Of a stretch of DNA of 64,000 bases, positions 38,658 through 48,697 are shown one piece after another. Source of the DNA: Escherichia phage vB_EcoA_4HA11. The position numbers were made by a program, and so were the translations under genes. The DNA lies in the sequence record MN445184. One strand, given 5' to 3'. Under the pieces are notes generated by a model that was not told the DNA's origin, searched no databases, and saw nothing but the letters and a program-made list of their open reading frames with translations. Position 1 is the first letter of the stretch, and each line of letters begins with the position of its first letter.

Positions 38658-38828
38658 TTACTGGCCGTTGTTGTTTGAATTCATATCAGCTGCGATAGAA
38701 TCCAGAACATATGCTGTGCCTTGGTTTAATAGTTCTTGACTACGTGCATCAAGTTCCATGTTGCATTCTGCAACAGCAGTTTCAGTGTCACCGTCAATTA
38801 CTGCACGAACGATATCAATTGCGCTCAT
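38658..38828 (-). CDS. small acidic protein (56 aa; gp67-like position), below ORF-track cutoff
   Basis: ATG 38828..38826 MSAIDIVRAVIDGDTE...; stop followed by GGAGATGC and the next ATG. Confidence 0.35.
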   Translation of the reverse strand: MSAIDIVRAVIDGDTETAVAECNMELDARSQELLNQGTAYVLDSIAADMNSNNNGQ

Positions 38829-38855
38829 GATTTTGATCTCCGAATTAATTTTCTA

Positions 38856-38863
38856 TATTTAGT
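38856..38863 (-). promoter_or_regulatory. late-promoter-like motif ACTAAATA
   Basis: About 28 nt upstream of small ORF ATG, just past portal stop. Confidence 0.35.
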
Positions 38864-38869
38864 TGAACT

Positions 38870-40552
38870 TTAAATACTATCGTCTGTTGAACCAGAGAAT
38901 GGGATAGTCTCAGGTTTAAACTTCAACGGACTAACATCTGAACCGCTATAATTGCCAGTTTCATCTGCTTGAACCTTCGGATAGAGACCTTTCTTCTTCT
39001 CTTCCGCGATCTTCGTTTGTTGTTCTTTAACTTCTTCATCAGACATACGCAATACATTTCTCATGACGTAGTCTATGGAGAAAATGGAACCAACAAATGG
39101 CTCAACAGTGTTCAATGAAGCCAGACGATCATTCAAGATAGCGTTTTCTTGTTGTTCACGAATGTAACTATCGGATGTGAATTCAAACTTTATAAACGGT
39201 TTGATCTTCTCATTCCAATCCTTTTCATCCGTAACGCCTTTCAAAATTAACTGGCGGCGCAAGAATTCCATAAAGAAATGGGAGTAACGACGACGTAACC
39301 CAGCACAGAACTTGCTGAAACGCAGCTCTTCCTGTGTAATCTCCGCGAGGTTGGAACCCCCAATGTTAATAGATCCTTCCTCTTGGAGGCGGCTCTTAGG
39401 GATCATTAGAGCATCATAGAGTTTTTCACGGAAATAGTTCACGTGATCCATTTCGCCCAATTGATTCCCACCCCCAACAGTCGCAATCTCTGTAGCATTC
39501 TGACCTTCGCGGCGCGGCAACCAATAATCCTCTGCAATACCCATAAGATGGGCATTACCTGTTATCTTACCAGTGGTGCGGTCATATGCGTTGCGGTTTT
39601 TGAATTTACCCATCATCATGGTCATGTATTCTTCAGCAGATTTCTTACCGAGAGTACCGACGTCAAGATAGAATGCGCGTTTCTCAGGGGCGCGAGTGAT
39701 GGCATAAATTACAGTCGCATCTTCAGTCGTAACCAGGTTGTTCAACGGACGGATAGCAGGATTTAAAAGGCCTGGGACAATACCATTGGCCAATGGCTCT
39801 TCACCACTATCGATGTAAACAATGCTTTCGTCATCGAATACGAGTTCTTGTTGTGAAGGTTGGAAGTTTTGAGAAGTACCTGATTGACCAGTGAATTGGT
39901 TTCGATTATAATTCGGATTGTAATAGTATTTCAGCGTTACAGATTCGATCGCTTCTATACCACCTTCACGCATTGCCTTTTCAACGATGTACACAGGACG
40001 AATACAACGAGAATCCAGCATGACCAATTTCTTGATCCCGCCCTTCTTATTCGTTGGGTCAACAATCACATGATACGCTTGTCGACCATCTACATACCAT
40101 TTCCGAATCTTTTGATACGCCGTATTTTCAAAATCCATCAAATGAATCACTTCTTTGAAACATTCGGTGATAGATTCTTTGACTGATTCAGAAATACCAT
40201 CAACTTTGTCAAGATTGACTGTCACCGGAGTTTCGTCTTCCTCACATGTGACAACGTCATTAACAATGATGTCCACAGCTTTGCGGATTTCTGGCTGCTG
40301 GGCCATGGACTGATATTCTTCCACAACTGTTTTAACGCTGAGAAGTTCACTCTCAACGCCAACATAGTTGTAGGTGTTTGCACCGCCCTGAAGGATTATA
40401 GAACCGTCTTGAGCATCGTCCAGAGCAACAACTGTCGCCTTGGTGAGCAACAATTCATCTTGTTTTTGGGCTAACTTATCGGTGTCGACTTTGGCATTGA
40501 CTAAACCGCCGCCACCAAACAAACCGAAGAACCCCATGCCGTATCCAGCCAT
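38870..40552 (-). CDS. gp20: portal protein (gp20-like)
   Basis: DATVIYAITRAPEKRAFYLDVG...AEDYWLPRREGQNATEI... closely parallels T4 gp20 ([22 protein letters not shown]...TEDYWLQRRDGKAVTEV). Confidence 0.9.
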   Translation of the reverse strand: MAGYGMGFFGLFGGGGLVNAKVDTDKLAQKQDELLLTKATVVALDDAQDGSIILQGGANTYNYVGVESELLSVKTVVEEYQSMAQQPEIRKAVDIIVNDVVTCEEDETPVTVNLDKVDGISESVKESITECFKEVIHLMDFENTAYQKIRKWYVDGRQAYHVIVDPTNKKGGIKKLVMLDSRCIRPVYIVEKAMREGGIEAIESVTLKYYYNPNYNRNQFTGQSGTSQNFQPSQQELVFDDESIVYIDSGEEPLANGIVPGLLNPAIRPLNNLVTTEDATVIYAITRAPEKRAFYLDVGTLGKKSAEEYMTMMMGKFKNRNAYDRTTGKITGNAHLMGIAEDYWLPRREGQNATEIATVGGGNQLGEMDHVNYFREKLYDALMIPKSRLQEEGSINIGGSNLAEITQEELRFSKFCAGLRRRYSHFFMEFLRRQLILKGVTDEKDWNEKIKPFIKFEFTSDSYIREQQENAILNDRLASLNTVEPFVGSIFSIDYVMRNVLRMSDEEVKEQQTKIAEEKKKGLYPKVQADETGNYSGSDVSPLKFKPETIPFSGSTDDSI

Positions 40553-40576
40553 GATCTAAGTCCTCAACGTTTTCTT

Positions 40577-40605
40577 GTAATTAGTGAGGGGGAATAACAT
40601 TCCCC
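40577..40605 (-). promoter_or_regulatory. hairpin GGGGGAAT-GUU-AUUCCCCC followed by ACTAATTA motif variant upstream of portal gene
   Basis: 8-bp stem 40587..40605 plus motif 40577..40584. Confidence 0.35.
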
Positions 40606-40619
40606 CAGCACCGAGGACA

Positions 40620-41153
40620 TTACAATGACTTGTCAGAAACGGCTTGGAAATAACGCAAGTCGACAGTGAACTGTGTGTAAGAGTCCATTGCCGACATATC
40701 GAGTTCCAGTTGGCCGAGGTTTTGAGGCCAGCCGCCCTGTAAAGTCCATGTCTTAGTCACGTTGTCATTCGCGTCCAGAAGTTCCATGATGATATCACGG
40801 AAATAATCATCTGGATTCGCGCTGGCGCGGTTGTTTTCACTACCGTTGATGAATTGCTGCCACACTTCAAAAGCATTGTATGGAGCGTTGTTCACCACGT
40901 TAATGAACGTCACAGGAAGCGCTTCGAAACGACGATCCCCTGGGAACGGAAGTTCACGACCACCCCAGGGCACCAGAATTTCGCCCAGCTGACCTGTTGG
41001 GGTGTTGGTGGTTACAGCCAGCAAGGACACGTCACGAATTGTGTCGGAACCAGCAACAAAAGAAGGAAAGTTTACAGTCACACGCCAGCGGTGTTGGCGT
41101 TGTACGCCGCCCCCTCGTGACATGGCTGCGCGAAACTCATTGACTGTCGCCAT
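40620..41153 (-). CDS. gp19: tail tube protein (gp19-like)
   Basis: 177 aa, between sheath and portal genes as in T4. Confidence 0.65.
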   Translation of the reverse strand: MATVNEFRAAMSRGGGVQRQHRWRVTVNFPSFVAGSDTIRDVSLLAVTTNTPTGQLGEILVPWGGRELPFPGDRRFEALPVTFINVVNNAPYNAFEVWQQFINGSENNRASANPDDYFRDIIMELLDANDNVTKTWTLQGGWPQNLGQLELDMSAMDSYTQFTVDLRYFQAVSDKSL

Positions 41154-41183
41154 TTTTATATCTCCAAATAAGAGTACACAATT

Positions 41184-41642
41184 CTAATTAGTCGTCAATC
41201 TTTTAATCTTCATGGAAGAAAAATCAAATCCGTGGTCAACATTGCTTAAAACGGGTTCGATTTCACACAATTCCCAACGGGGATCTATGAGAGAAACAAG
41301 ACCAATGTGTTCACCTGTGGATGTCAATTTTGCTGCAGTTTTACCCAGCATATGACTTCCATCATTACCGCCTTTATTCATGTTGTAACCCATCTCATAA
41401 GAATTATATTGAGAGATGAGTTGCTTCTCTAATTCCCATTTATGGACTTCATCGGTCTGAGCAATTACAACGAAAGTAAATCCAGATGTTCCATACTTAC
41501 GCATGGCATCATACAATTCACTTTGGACTCCATGATGAAAAGCATTCGCAAAATGCTGATCATATCTTCGTTGTGGGTCATTGGTCACACCGATGTAGAC
41601 CTTTCCATTAGTTATCGTTTCAATTTTGTATGCGTATATCAT
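41184..41642 (-). mobile_element. GIY-YIG homing endonuclease (I-TevI-like catalytic domain)
   Basis: IYAYKIETITNGKVYIGVTNDPQRRYDQH...E...GYNMNKGG parallels I-TevI GIYQIKN..NNKVYVGSA...RWKRH...GYNI; inserted between sheath and tube genes. Confidence 0.75.
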
Positions 41643-41664
41643 TCAATAACTCAAATCAATAAGA

Positions 41665-41692
41665 CAAAGGAAAACCCCGCCGAAGCGGGGTT
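41665..41692 (-). terminator. rho-independent terminator after the tail sheath gene
   Basis: CCCCGC-UUCG-GCGGGG (41675..41690) then UUUUCCUUUGUCUUAUUG. Confidence 0.6.
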
Positions 41693-41698
41693 GGTCAT

Positions 41699-43627
41699 TT
41701 ATGAAGCAGCAACGATGCCGCCACCGGATTCGATTTCGCTGAACTCCATATCTGGTCGAACTGCAGCAAAATCCAAATAAATCCAGTTAATGCTGTACTC
41801 AGGCTTCAACCAAATACCAGCAACCATTTGGTTTGCCGCAATGATATCAGCAGTGTTGTTGTCTTCATCACATTTGACTTTACCATCGTAAATCGCGCCC
41901 ATATTTGCCAGCTGGCGAATATATGGACGAACCGCATTGCTGAACAGACCACGTGTAAACGCGTCATTGTTCTCACCAAGATAGTATTTGGCGATTGCGG
42001 CGATGTTCTGCTCAGCCATGATGAACAGGCCACGAACGTTGATACGGTCAAACGCCGACGGGCGGGTCAGGCCAGTTTTGTCACCATACAGGACGATGCC
42101 TTCATTGGAGAAGGTTACGATGCTGTTGATCTGGTTGCGGTACAACACAGCACGTTCATCAGAAGATGCAGACCACGCCATTCGATTATAGTTGTTGTAT
42201 TTACCACGGTTGTGGAACGCCGGAGATTTGTAGATACCCGCGATTTCAATGCTTCGCGCCCAAACACCTGCGGTGCCACCACAAGCCGGAATCCAACGCA
42301 TTTTGTCGTTGTACTTGTCGTACACATATGCCCAGTTATCATCCATGAAGAAATAAGAAGAGTCGCGAACAAGGCTTTCACGCCAAGCAACGACATCATC
42401 CATTTCACGACCACGGTTGCCAACAACCGTATCACGGAGCGGGGATACGAAAGATACGGTATCTTTTCGCTCAGTAGATAAGTCGATCAATGCTTGTTGC
42501 TCAATCAGTTCTTCACAGTACGCAAATACTGGCTTCGCATCATATGCTTCAGCATTGTTCAAGACTTGGATAGCTGCCACGCGGTTGATGTTATAATCGT
42601 CTACGCCGCCTTCTAATTCAACGACACCTGCAACCAGTTCGCTCGCGAAGGTATACACCCAATTTGAAGTATCGTTGATCACGTCTTTGAAGTACGCATT
42701 CGCGCCATCGGATTTTTTAGAACCCTGGGTGTTCTGCATCAGTTCGTATTTTTCAATGATGGAACCAGAAGCGCCAACAGTAGTGATTACGGCTGTTGCA
42801 GTCAGTCCTTTATCATCAGGAACGATAGCTGTAACGGCCTGAGGACCGATAGCTTTATGGGTCACGATGACAGTGTTGGACTTCACGACAACAGAAGAAT
42901 AAACACTTGTCAGGGAAGTTAGCGCTGTACCGATTTTGGTTGCCAAAGTGGCTGGAGTATCAGTATCCAGATATGCGATATCTTCACCTGCCACACTGAT
43001 GGTGCCAGCAGCAGTAGCCGTACCAGAAACGGAGATACGGTCAACCTGACCGACTGCGCCAGCAGAGTCGGTAATGCGGCCAACTTTGTCTACGACAACT
43101 ACATGGAATTCACCAGACTGAGGTGCGTATGCAAAGTTATTACGGAATTCCCAAGTCGAGAACCCAGCAGCATCACAAACATTGATAGCAATATCATTAC
43201 CCAGGGAACCTGGATAACGACCAGTCCAAGTGATGGACGCCGAAGGACTTGCTGTTTCAAAATCCAGTTTGTTTTTGATCGCAATCGCTGTCTGACCTTT
43301 GGTAACAGAGTTCTTGGCTAGAGGACCAACAACACGGGTCACCCATGCCATAGAGCTGTAAGACAAAAAGTCCGCGATTACGAGAAAATCGGTCGCAGTA
43401 CTGTCGTTGGGTTTGAAGAATTTCTTCACCAAACCTGTCTCACCACCAGTCACCAGCACTGGAAGTTCAACTTCACCCCATTGAAATTTGCCGACGGTCG
43501 CGCCCTGAACAACAACGGACGGAGACGTCTGAAGCGTGGCATCACGCTCAGTCCACTGAACGGACGGCGCAACGCTGAAGCTTTGAGTTGCCATAATATC
43601 ATTCCTTCTCGGTAGAGTTTCGCTCAA
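41699..43627 (-). CDS. gp18: tail sheath protein (gp18-like)
   Basis: About 630-640 aa between terminase and tube genes; track start is TTG, likelier ATG 43594 with AAGGAA SD. Confidence 0.8.
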   Translation of the reverse strand: MSETLPRRNDIMATQSFSVAPSVQWTERDATLQTSPSVVVQGATVGKFQWGEVELPVLVTGGETGLVKKFFKPNDSTATDFLVIADFLSYSSMAWVTRVVGPLAKNSVTKGQTAIAIKNKLDFETASPSASITWTGRYPGSLGNDIAINVCDAAGFSTWEFRNNFAYAPQSGEFHVVVVDKVGRITDSAGAVGQVDRISVSGTATAAGTISVAGEDIAYLDTDTPATLATKIGTALTSLTSVYSSVVVKSNTVIVTHKAIGPQAVTAIVPDDKGLTATAVITTVGASGSIIEKYELMQNTQGSKKSDGANAYFKDVINDTSNWVYTFASELVAGVVELEGGVDDYNINRVAAIQVLNNAEAYDAKPVFAYCEELIEQQALIDLSTERKDTVSFVSPLRDTVVGNRGREMDDVVAWRESLVRDSSYFFMDDNWAYVYDKYNDKMRWIPACGGTAGVWARSIEIAGIYKSPAFHNRGKYNNYNRMAWSASSDERAVLYRNQINSIVTFSNEGIVLYGDKTGLTRPSAFDRINVRGLFIMAEQNIAAIAKYYLGENNDAFTRGLFSNAVRPYIRQLANMGAIYDGKVKCDEDNNTADIIAANQMVAGIWLKPEYSINWIYLDFAAVRPDMEFSEIESGGGIVAAS

Positions 43628-43636
43628 TTTGAAAGA

Positions 43637-43644
43637 TATTTAGT
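43637..43644 (-). promoter_or_regulatory. late-promoter-like motif ACTAAATA
   Basis: About 43 nt upstream of sheath ATG. Confidence 0.35.
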
Positions 43645-43646
43645 GA

Positions 43647-45857
43647 TCAATTCTTAAACCACTCATCCATGGTCATCCCTGACATTTCGTTGAAAACTTG
43701 AATACCCCCGAAACCAGGCAAATGCTCAGTTTCGGATGGGGTGTCTCCAACGACTAAACCGCCAAATGGGAATACCTGCTGAGATTCAGTTGAAGACATT
43801 CGGTTTCTCATGTCCTGAGAAATACTTGTAGATGTCAAATCACTGAACCATTCTTGTTTTACCGCCCATGAATATAAGACCAACGGCATGACACAGTCAT
43901 CGTGACAACCGTCATCGGCTTCATACCGAGCGCCTTTGAACACAAATGTACTGAGTTCATCTATCGTGTCCTGGTCTTCTATCACCAACATTTCTTTCTC
44001 AATGAGCGCTTTCAGGTTAGCACAACCGATAGATCGGACTTTTCTGTTGGTATTGATACCAGGTTCCGGTTTACGCCCACCAATCCGTTTCCCCGTCCCT
44101 TTGTTATCTGTTGATGTGAATATGATTTCTGGATATTCTATCTCTTGATAAAGAATTGTAATAACCTGACCGCCGACGTCGTTGTTTGTTTCAACAAGGA
44201 CAGGACATTCCCCGTATTCGGTGCACATATCAGCTATCGTGTATGCATACATCATAGGAGGTATCGTATTATTCCTGTACTTGGCTGCTATGACATGCGG
44301 ATATTCAGTTATATCCAGAATTGTTAAGACGGAATAATCTCCTTCCACCCCCTTCCCAGTGTCCGCAATCCCAAAGTAGAGACGTTGTGGGTCGTATTCC
44401 TTATAAATCTTGGTGAATTCATTAGGTTCCCGATACAACTTGGACGTCATTTTATCTAAGCATTTGGCCGGAATCAATGAACCCACGGAACCACGGAACT
44501 TAATGCCAAATTCTTGATCGAAACGAGCATCCCCCAGACGGGCACGTTGTTTGGTTTCCCAATCTGGATCTTTGGTATATGCCGGAACCTTATACCATGG
44601 GACTTCAGTTAGGTGGAAGTCGTTGTATTGTGGATGGCGCGGATCTGCTTTGGTGACAATATCATAGAACAACCCTCGCTGGCCTTTCGGAGTACTTGTC
44701 AAAATACAGCGTGATGTATCGGCAGATGCAATGGCTGGGAAAGTTGATTCCCAAAATTCAAAGTCGTTTTCGATAAACGCGACTTCGTCAACGTACAAGA
44801 GCGATACAGAACGACCACGGATGGAGTCCGAAGACGTGGCATAAGCGTATATCTTAGAACCATTTTCAAACTCTATCAGGGTAGAACCAAACTTCTCACA
44901 ACCCTGCTGAAGGAAGAATGGAAGGTCTTGGTATGCCTTTCTGATACGGTCAAGAATTTCTATCGCTTGTTTCTCTTTGTTTGCCAGTACTGCGATTTCC
45001 TTATCAGAATGGAACATCGCATACCAAAGAAGAAACGCCGCCACCACGGTCGTGTTATGACTGAGAAAGCCATTCGTGTAATAACGTTGATCACTAGATT
45101 TGACCTGCAGATCGTACATATGGTGATATTCACCAGTCTGCCAAATCTCACGGATTTCTTCTGGACCTTCTGTCGTCATGATGTATGACCCAGCATTCAG
45201 GTCTTTGGCAAATGTCTCCTTCATGTCCGGAGTGAAGAACATATGTTCATCGGCCACGTTAATTCGCCTTCCGGTAACTGTGACAATAACGAATTCCGCA
45301 TATTTCTTCGTCTTATGCGCTGCGATAACCGGAACCCAGCCACTATCGGATTGTACAAAGTAACGTTTGCCGAAGCGGCTGTCCACGAACTTGTCATGGT
45401 TGCCAATGGTATTCAGCGGCACAGCGTGGTTGACGTCCTCGAATCGGCTGTGAAGCTCCCCTATGGTCAGGAGCAACTCCTCTTGGCTGAGAGTATCGTA
45501 AACTGTGACAAGCGTGTCGCCTTTTACACATTTTCCAGACTGACGAGCCTGGATGACCGCATTGAATCGATAGTCCTGAAAGTCATGGAACAACTGTTTC
45601 TGATAATCATGCATATCGAAAAGGATAAAGCCTTTATCGATCGTGGTTATCTTGTAATAGTTGGCGGCGAAGTAGTGTGCATCCATAGAACATTCAACGA
45701 ATTCGTCTTCTTGTTCATCTGTCAGCATTAACTCGACTCGAGGAGCACGCACAGAAGGTTTGCGCATAAACGTTTGGTCCATACGCAATTTCACATCGTC
45801 TATTTTGAACCCCGTTTTAATTGGGGCATATTCTATATCACGCTTCTGATACGCCAT
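43647..45857 (-). CDS. gp17: terminase large subunit (gp17-like) interrupted by an intein
   Basis: Extein flanks ARQSGK / TTVVAAFLLWYAMF match T4 gp17 P-loop SRQLGKTTVVAIFLAHF; nuclease-domain region downstream. Confidence 0.9.
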   Translation of the reverse strand: MAYQKRDIEYAPIKTGFKIDDVKLRMDQTFMRKPSVRAPRVELMLTDEQEDEFVECSMDAHYFAANYYKITTIDKGFILFDMHDYQKQLFHDFQDYRFNAVIQARQSGKCVKGDTLVTVYDTLSQEELLLTIGELHSRFEDVNHAVPLNTIGNHDKFVDSRFGKRYFVQSDSGWVPVIAAHKTKKYAEFVIVTVTGRRINVADEHMFFTPDMKETFAKDLNAGSYIMTTEGPEEIREIWQTGEYHHMYDLQVKSSDQRYYTNGFLSHNTTVVAAFLLWYAMFHSDKEIAVLANKEKQAIEILDRIRKAYQDLPFFLQQGCEKFGSTLIEFENGSKIYAYATSSDSIRGRSVSLLYVDEVAFIENDFEFWESTFPAIASADTSRCILTSTPKGQRGLFYDIVTKADPRHPQYNDFHLTEVPWYKVPAYTKDPDWETKQRARLGDARFDQEFGIKFRGSVGSLIPAKCLDKMTSKLYREPNEFTKIYKEYDPQRLYFGIADTGKGVEGDYSVLTILDITEYPHVIAAKYRNNTIPPMMYAYTIADMCTEYGECPVLVETNNDVGGQVITILYQEIEYPEIIFTSTDNKGTGKRIGGRKPEPGINTNRKVRSIGCANLKALIEKEMLVIEDQDTIDELSTFVFKGARYEADDGCHDDCVMPLVLYSWAVKQEWFSDLTSTSISQDMRNRMSSTESQQVFPFGGLVVGDTPSETEHLPGFGGIQVFNEMSGMTMDEWFKN
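45054..45530 (-). mobile_element. mini-intein (159 aa) within terminase large subunit
   Basis: Insert begins CVKGDTLVTV, ends GFLSHN, followed by Thr; splits the Walker A motif between GK and T. Confidence 0.75.
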
Positions 45858-46524
45858 CGTCTTCTTCCTTCACATCAACTGTTTCACCATCAATGATTTC
45901 ATCTTCTGGTTGTTGTGCGGCCTTTGCTTGTGCTCTTTCTTCAGCGCGACGGCGGGCATCTTCAATCGTCTTCAATAAATCGCGAGAAGATCGCGCCTTT
46001 TTCCCAACCGATACTGTTGTTGTTCCGTCTGGTGAAGTTGTAACATCCACTGTCGTGTCATCAACAGGTGGTTCTTTATCACCTGTTACTGCCTTGATGG
46101 TTTTCTGGTTTTCCATCAAGTCTTTATTCAGACCGCGCATGAGTTCACCCAATTCACGGAAAACAGAAAATGCTCGCGGAGCTTCTGTGGATGCAGCCAA
46201 TTTAGCGGCTTGTCCCATCATGAACATTGTGGCTTCTTGCATGGCATATGTTGTGTCGCGTATCCGTTTGTAATCCGTTGTAGCATCAGTGTCCGCAAAC
46301 TCAGGTACTTTGGATTCCTTGGAAGCAATATCCTCCAATGAAGGAGGTTCAGGAATCGGCTGATACCCTTCCGGACGTTCACCAAACCATTCACCTGTAT
46401 TTTCATCGAAGTCAATACCTGGACGAGGGGCGACAGCCTCCATCGCCTCCTTCCCAACTTCGTCTCGGGCGGTCACTGCATCAAGTGTGGCGAGTAACCT
46501 TTCTGACATATTGCTCATGATCAA
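45838..46524 (-). CDS. terminase small subunit (gp16-like, by position)
   Basis: Immediately upstream of and overlapping the large subunit; likely ATG 46518 with GGAGG SD. Confidence 0.5.
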   Translation of the reverse strand: MIMSNMSERLLATLDAVTARDEVGKEAMEAVAPRPGIDFDENTGEWFGERPEGYQPIPEPPSLEDIASKESKVPEFADTDATTDYKRIRDTTYAMQEATMFMMGQAAKLAASTEAPRAFSVFRELGELMRGLNKDLMENQKTIKAVTGDKEPPVDDTTVDVTTSPDGTTTVSVGKKARSSRDLLKTIEDARRRAEERAQAKAAQQPEDEIIDGETVDVKEEDDGVSEA

Positions 46525-47219
46525 TCCTCCGGATGATGTATGCCGTCTTTATCAACTCGGAACCACTCAGGAAGTTCCGACCATGGCATGTTCAAATCAT
46601 TAGACATTTCAATAATTATCTCTTTGATGACGTTTGGATCCCCACCGCCCGAACCATCATCAACCCAATAATCTTCTCCATAGATGTGACCATGTAATTG
46701 AAAATTGAATGAACAATCTATGTGTGGTGATTCTGTTGCGTCCCCTTCCCAGTTGTCAGAAATCGTGTGATTTACCAACATTATCTTCACGTTCTGATCT
46801 TGAGATAAAGTATCGTTGTCCTTTATCTGACAGTCAACAGAAGGAGTGAACACAGAATAAATTTGTTCTAATACTTGCAACATTTCGACCAATTTTTTAG
46901 TTCTGATATTGTATTCAAAATCTATAATGATCGGAATGCGTTGTTTGGACCGTGCCGTAGCGGTCGATATTTGGTTGTGGTATGACTTCGTCACCTGTTT
47001 ATTGATTTCGAACTGACCAAAGGACATTGTTGCAAATGGCAGCATATTGGCTGGCACGTTCCTGTTGAGGTCATTACGGCGGCCAATGGCCATATGCAGC
47101 GGAATTTCCATCAAGCCACGTTCGGTTTTGACTTTTAAATCTGACATGATAGCGTTGAACACATGTATGTATTTCAACAATGATTCATGATAGAAATATT
47201 TTTCAAATGGTCTGGCCAT
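46521..47219 (-). CDS. neck/tail-completion protein (gp15-like by synteny)
   Basis: 232-aa ORF upstream of terminase genes. Confidence 0.4.
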   Translation of the reverse strand: MARPFEKYFYHESLLKYIHVFNAIMSDLKVKTERGLMEIPLHMAIGRRNDLNRNVPANMLPFATMSFGQFEINKQVTKSYHNQISTATARSKQRIPIIIDFEYNIRTKKLVEMLQVLEQIYSVFTPSVDCQIKDNDTLSQDQNVKIMLVNHTISDNWEGDATESPHIDCSFNFQLHGHIYGEDYWVDDGSGGGDPNVIKEIIIEMSNDLNMPWSELPEWFRVDKDGIHHPED

Positions 47220-47221
47220 GA

Positions 47222-47863
47222 TTATTCCCCGAAGTCGATCTTCATTTTATTGGGCGAAAGATCTTTCTCTATTTCGTCCGCAAATTGGTTATCCGTTTGC
47301 AGGCTGGCGTCTTTGTACACACCGTCTCCTTCCAGATCCTGCAATCGTTTATCAATATCGTCTATTTCAGATACACCTGTATCGAAATCTTCGTTACCGT
47401 ATTGGAACAACGTACATGGTAGGGAATATGTGTACCATTTCCCAAATTGCATGAATTCTTCATCGTTATTCGGGTTATTCACTTTAAATATTTTGTTAGC
47501 CATAGGCAGATATATCAAATCACCTTCTTGAGGCATTTGTTCAAGGCCTGGACCATTACCAATAACTTCTGAAAAACGACGACGAGCAATAGTGAATGTC
47601 ACTTCATCTTGTAATTGGATACCGCCGAACTTTTCCCACATCTGTGTGTTGAAGCCTTGATAATCCTGCATGTACACTTCGATGTCAAACGCTTGGTCGA
47701 ATTTGTGTTCGGCCTCGTTTAAAATTGGGTATTTTTCAACAATAGAACGTGGAATATACTTGACATCAATCCCACGCAATTGTATCATCTCGACCACCAA
47801 GTCATCAATTAATTTTTGAGTCCCTTGGTGTGCAGTGTAATTGAAGTATCGAGAAGTAGCCAT
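47222..47863 (-). CDS. neck protein (gp14-like by synteny)
   Basis: 213-aa ORF; ACTAAATA motif 25 nt upstream. Confidence 0.4.
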   Translation of the reverse strand: MATSRYFNYTAHQGTQKLIDDLVVEMIQLRGIDVKYIPRSIVEKYPILNEAEHKFDQAFDIEVYMQDYQGFNTQMWEKFGGIQLQDEVTFTIARRRFSEVIGNGPGLEQMPQEGDLIYLPMANKIFKVNNPNNDEEFMQFGKWYTYSLPCTLFQYGNEDFDTGVSEIDDIDKRLQDLEGDGVYKDASLQTDNQFADEIEKDLSPNKMKIDFGE

Positions 47864-47887
47864 AATATTTTCCTCAAGATTTAAATA

Positions 47888-47895
47888 TATTTAGT
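47888..47895 (-). promoter_or_regulatory. late-promoter-like motif ACTAAATA
   Basis: 25 nt upstream of ATG 47863. Confidence 0.35.
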
Positions 47896-47921
47896 TGAAT
47901 TTGTTTTTAAGGTGAATCAAT

Positions 47922-48632
47922 ATGATCGTCCTGACAGAAGGAATTGCTTCTAAAAGAATCAAATCATATGCTTCTTCTAGAGGTGGAATATTTCACGGAT
48001 TTGTCGGTGGTAAATTTGTCACCAACCAAACTAAGTGTATTTTGTCTTGCGAATTTGGTCATGAATGGAACTCAGCAACTTATGCGAATTTGATAAATAA
48101 AGGAAGTTGGTGTCCTTCGTGTCGTGGAAACAAGAAGATCTCAAATGAAGAAGCTAAAATCAGGATATCGGAGTACGCCGTAAGCAACGGTGGTAAATTC
48201 ATAAATTTCATTGGCGGGAAGTACAAAGACAACGTGACAATTTGTGTCATGGAATGTTCTGAAACACACAGGTGGGAATCCAGGTACGGTAATTTAGTCA
48301 ACAGCCGAAGTTGGTGTCCGTATTGCGCAGAATCGGGTTACAATTATTCTAAGGAAGGTTTCTTATATATTCTAGTCAACGACGAAGGTTGTATGAAAGT
48401 GGGAATAACCAACTCACCTAAGAAACGCATAAATTGTTTAAGAAGCAGCACCCCGTTTGACTTCAACGTTCTAGAAATATTCAATTCAACCGACGGATTA
48501 TTTGTTTCCAGGTTGGAAAGAATTGCCCATAGAATGTGTAAGAGCGCGGGATATAAGGATTTTGACGGTGCTACCGAATGGTTTGTATATGACGGGTCAG
48601 TCGTAGATTTTATCAGAAATATTTTGAAGTAG
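47922..48632 (+). mobile_element. T5orf172/GIY-YIG-superfamily endonuclease-like gene with two N-terminal zinc-finger repeats
   Basis: Two repeats of C..C..H.W...WCP.C; C-terminal GFLYILVNDEGCMKVGIT...ATEWF; plus strand inside minus-strand structural block; AAGGTG SD. Confidence 0.55.
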
Positions 48633-48659
48633 CCATGACTTTACCCTCAATTTTGAAGG

Positions 48660-48667
48660 TATTTAGT
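48660..48667 (-). promoter_or_regulatory. extra copy of ACTAAATA motif on the 3' side of the plus-strand insertion
   Basis: Same 8-mer; no minus-strand start codon within 50 nt. Confidence 0.2.
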
Positions 48668-48697
48668 CAATCATTAATTCTTTTGAGGAATTGATAA

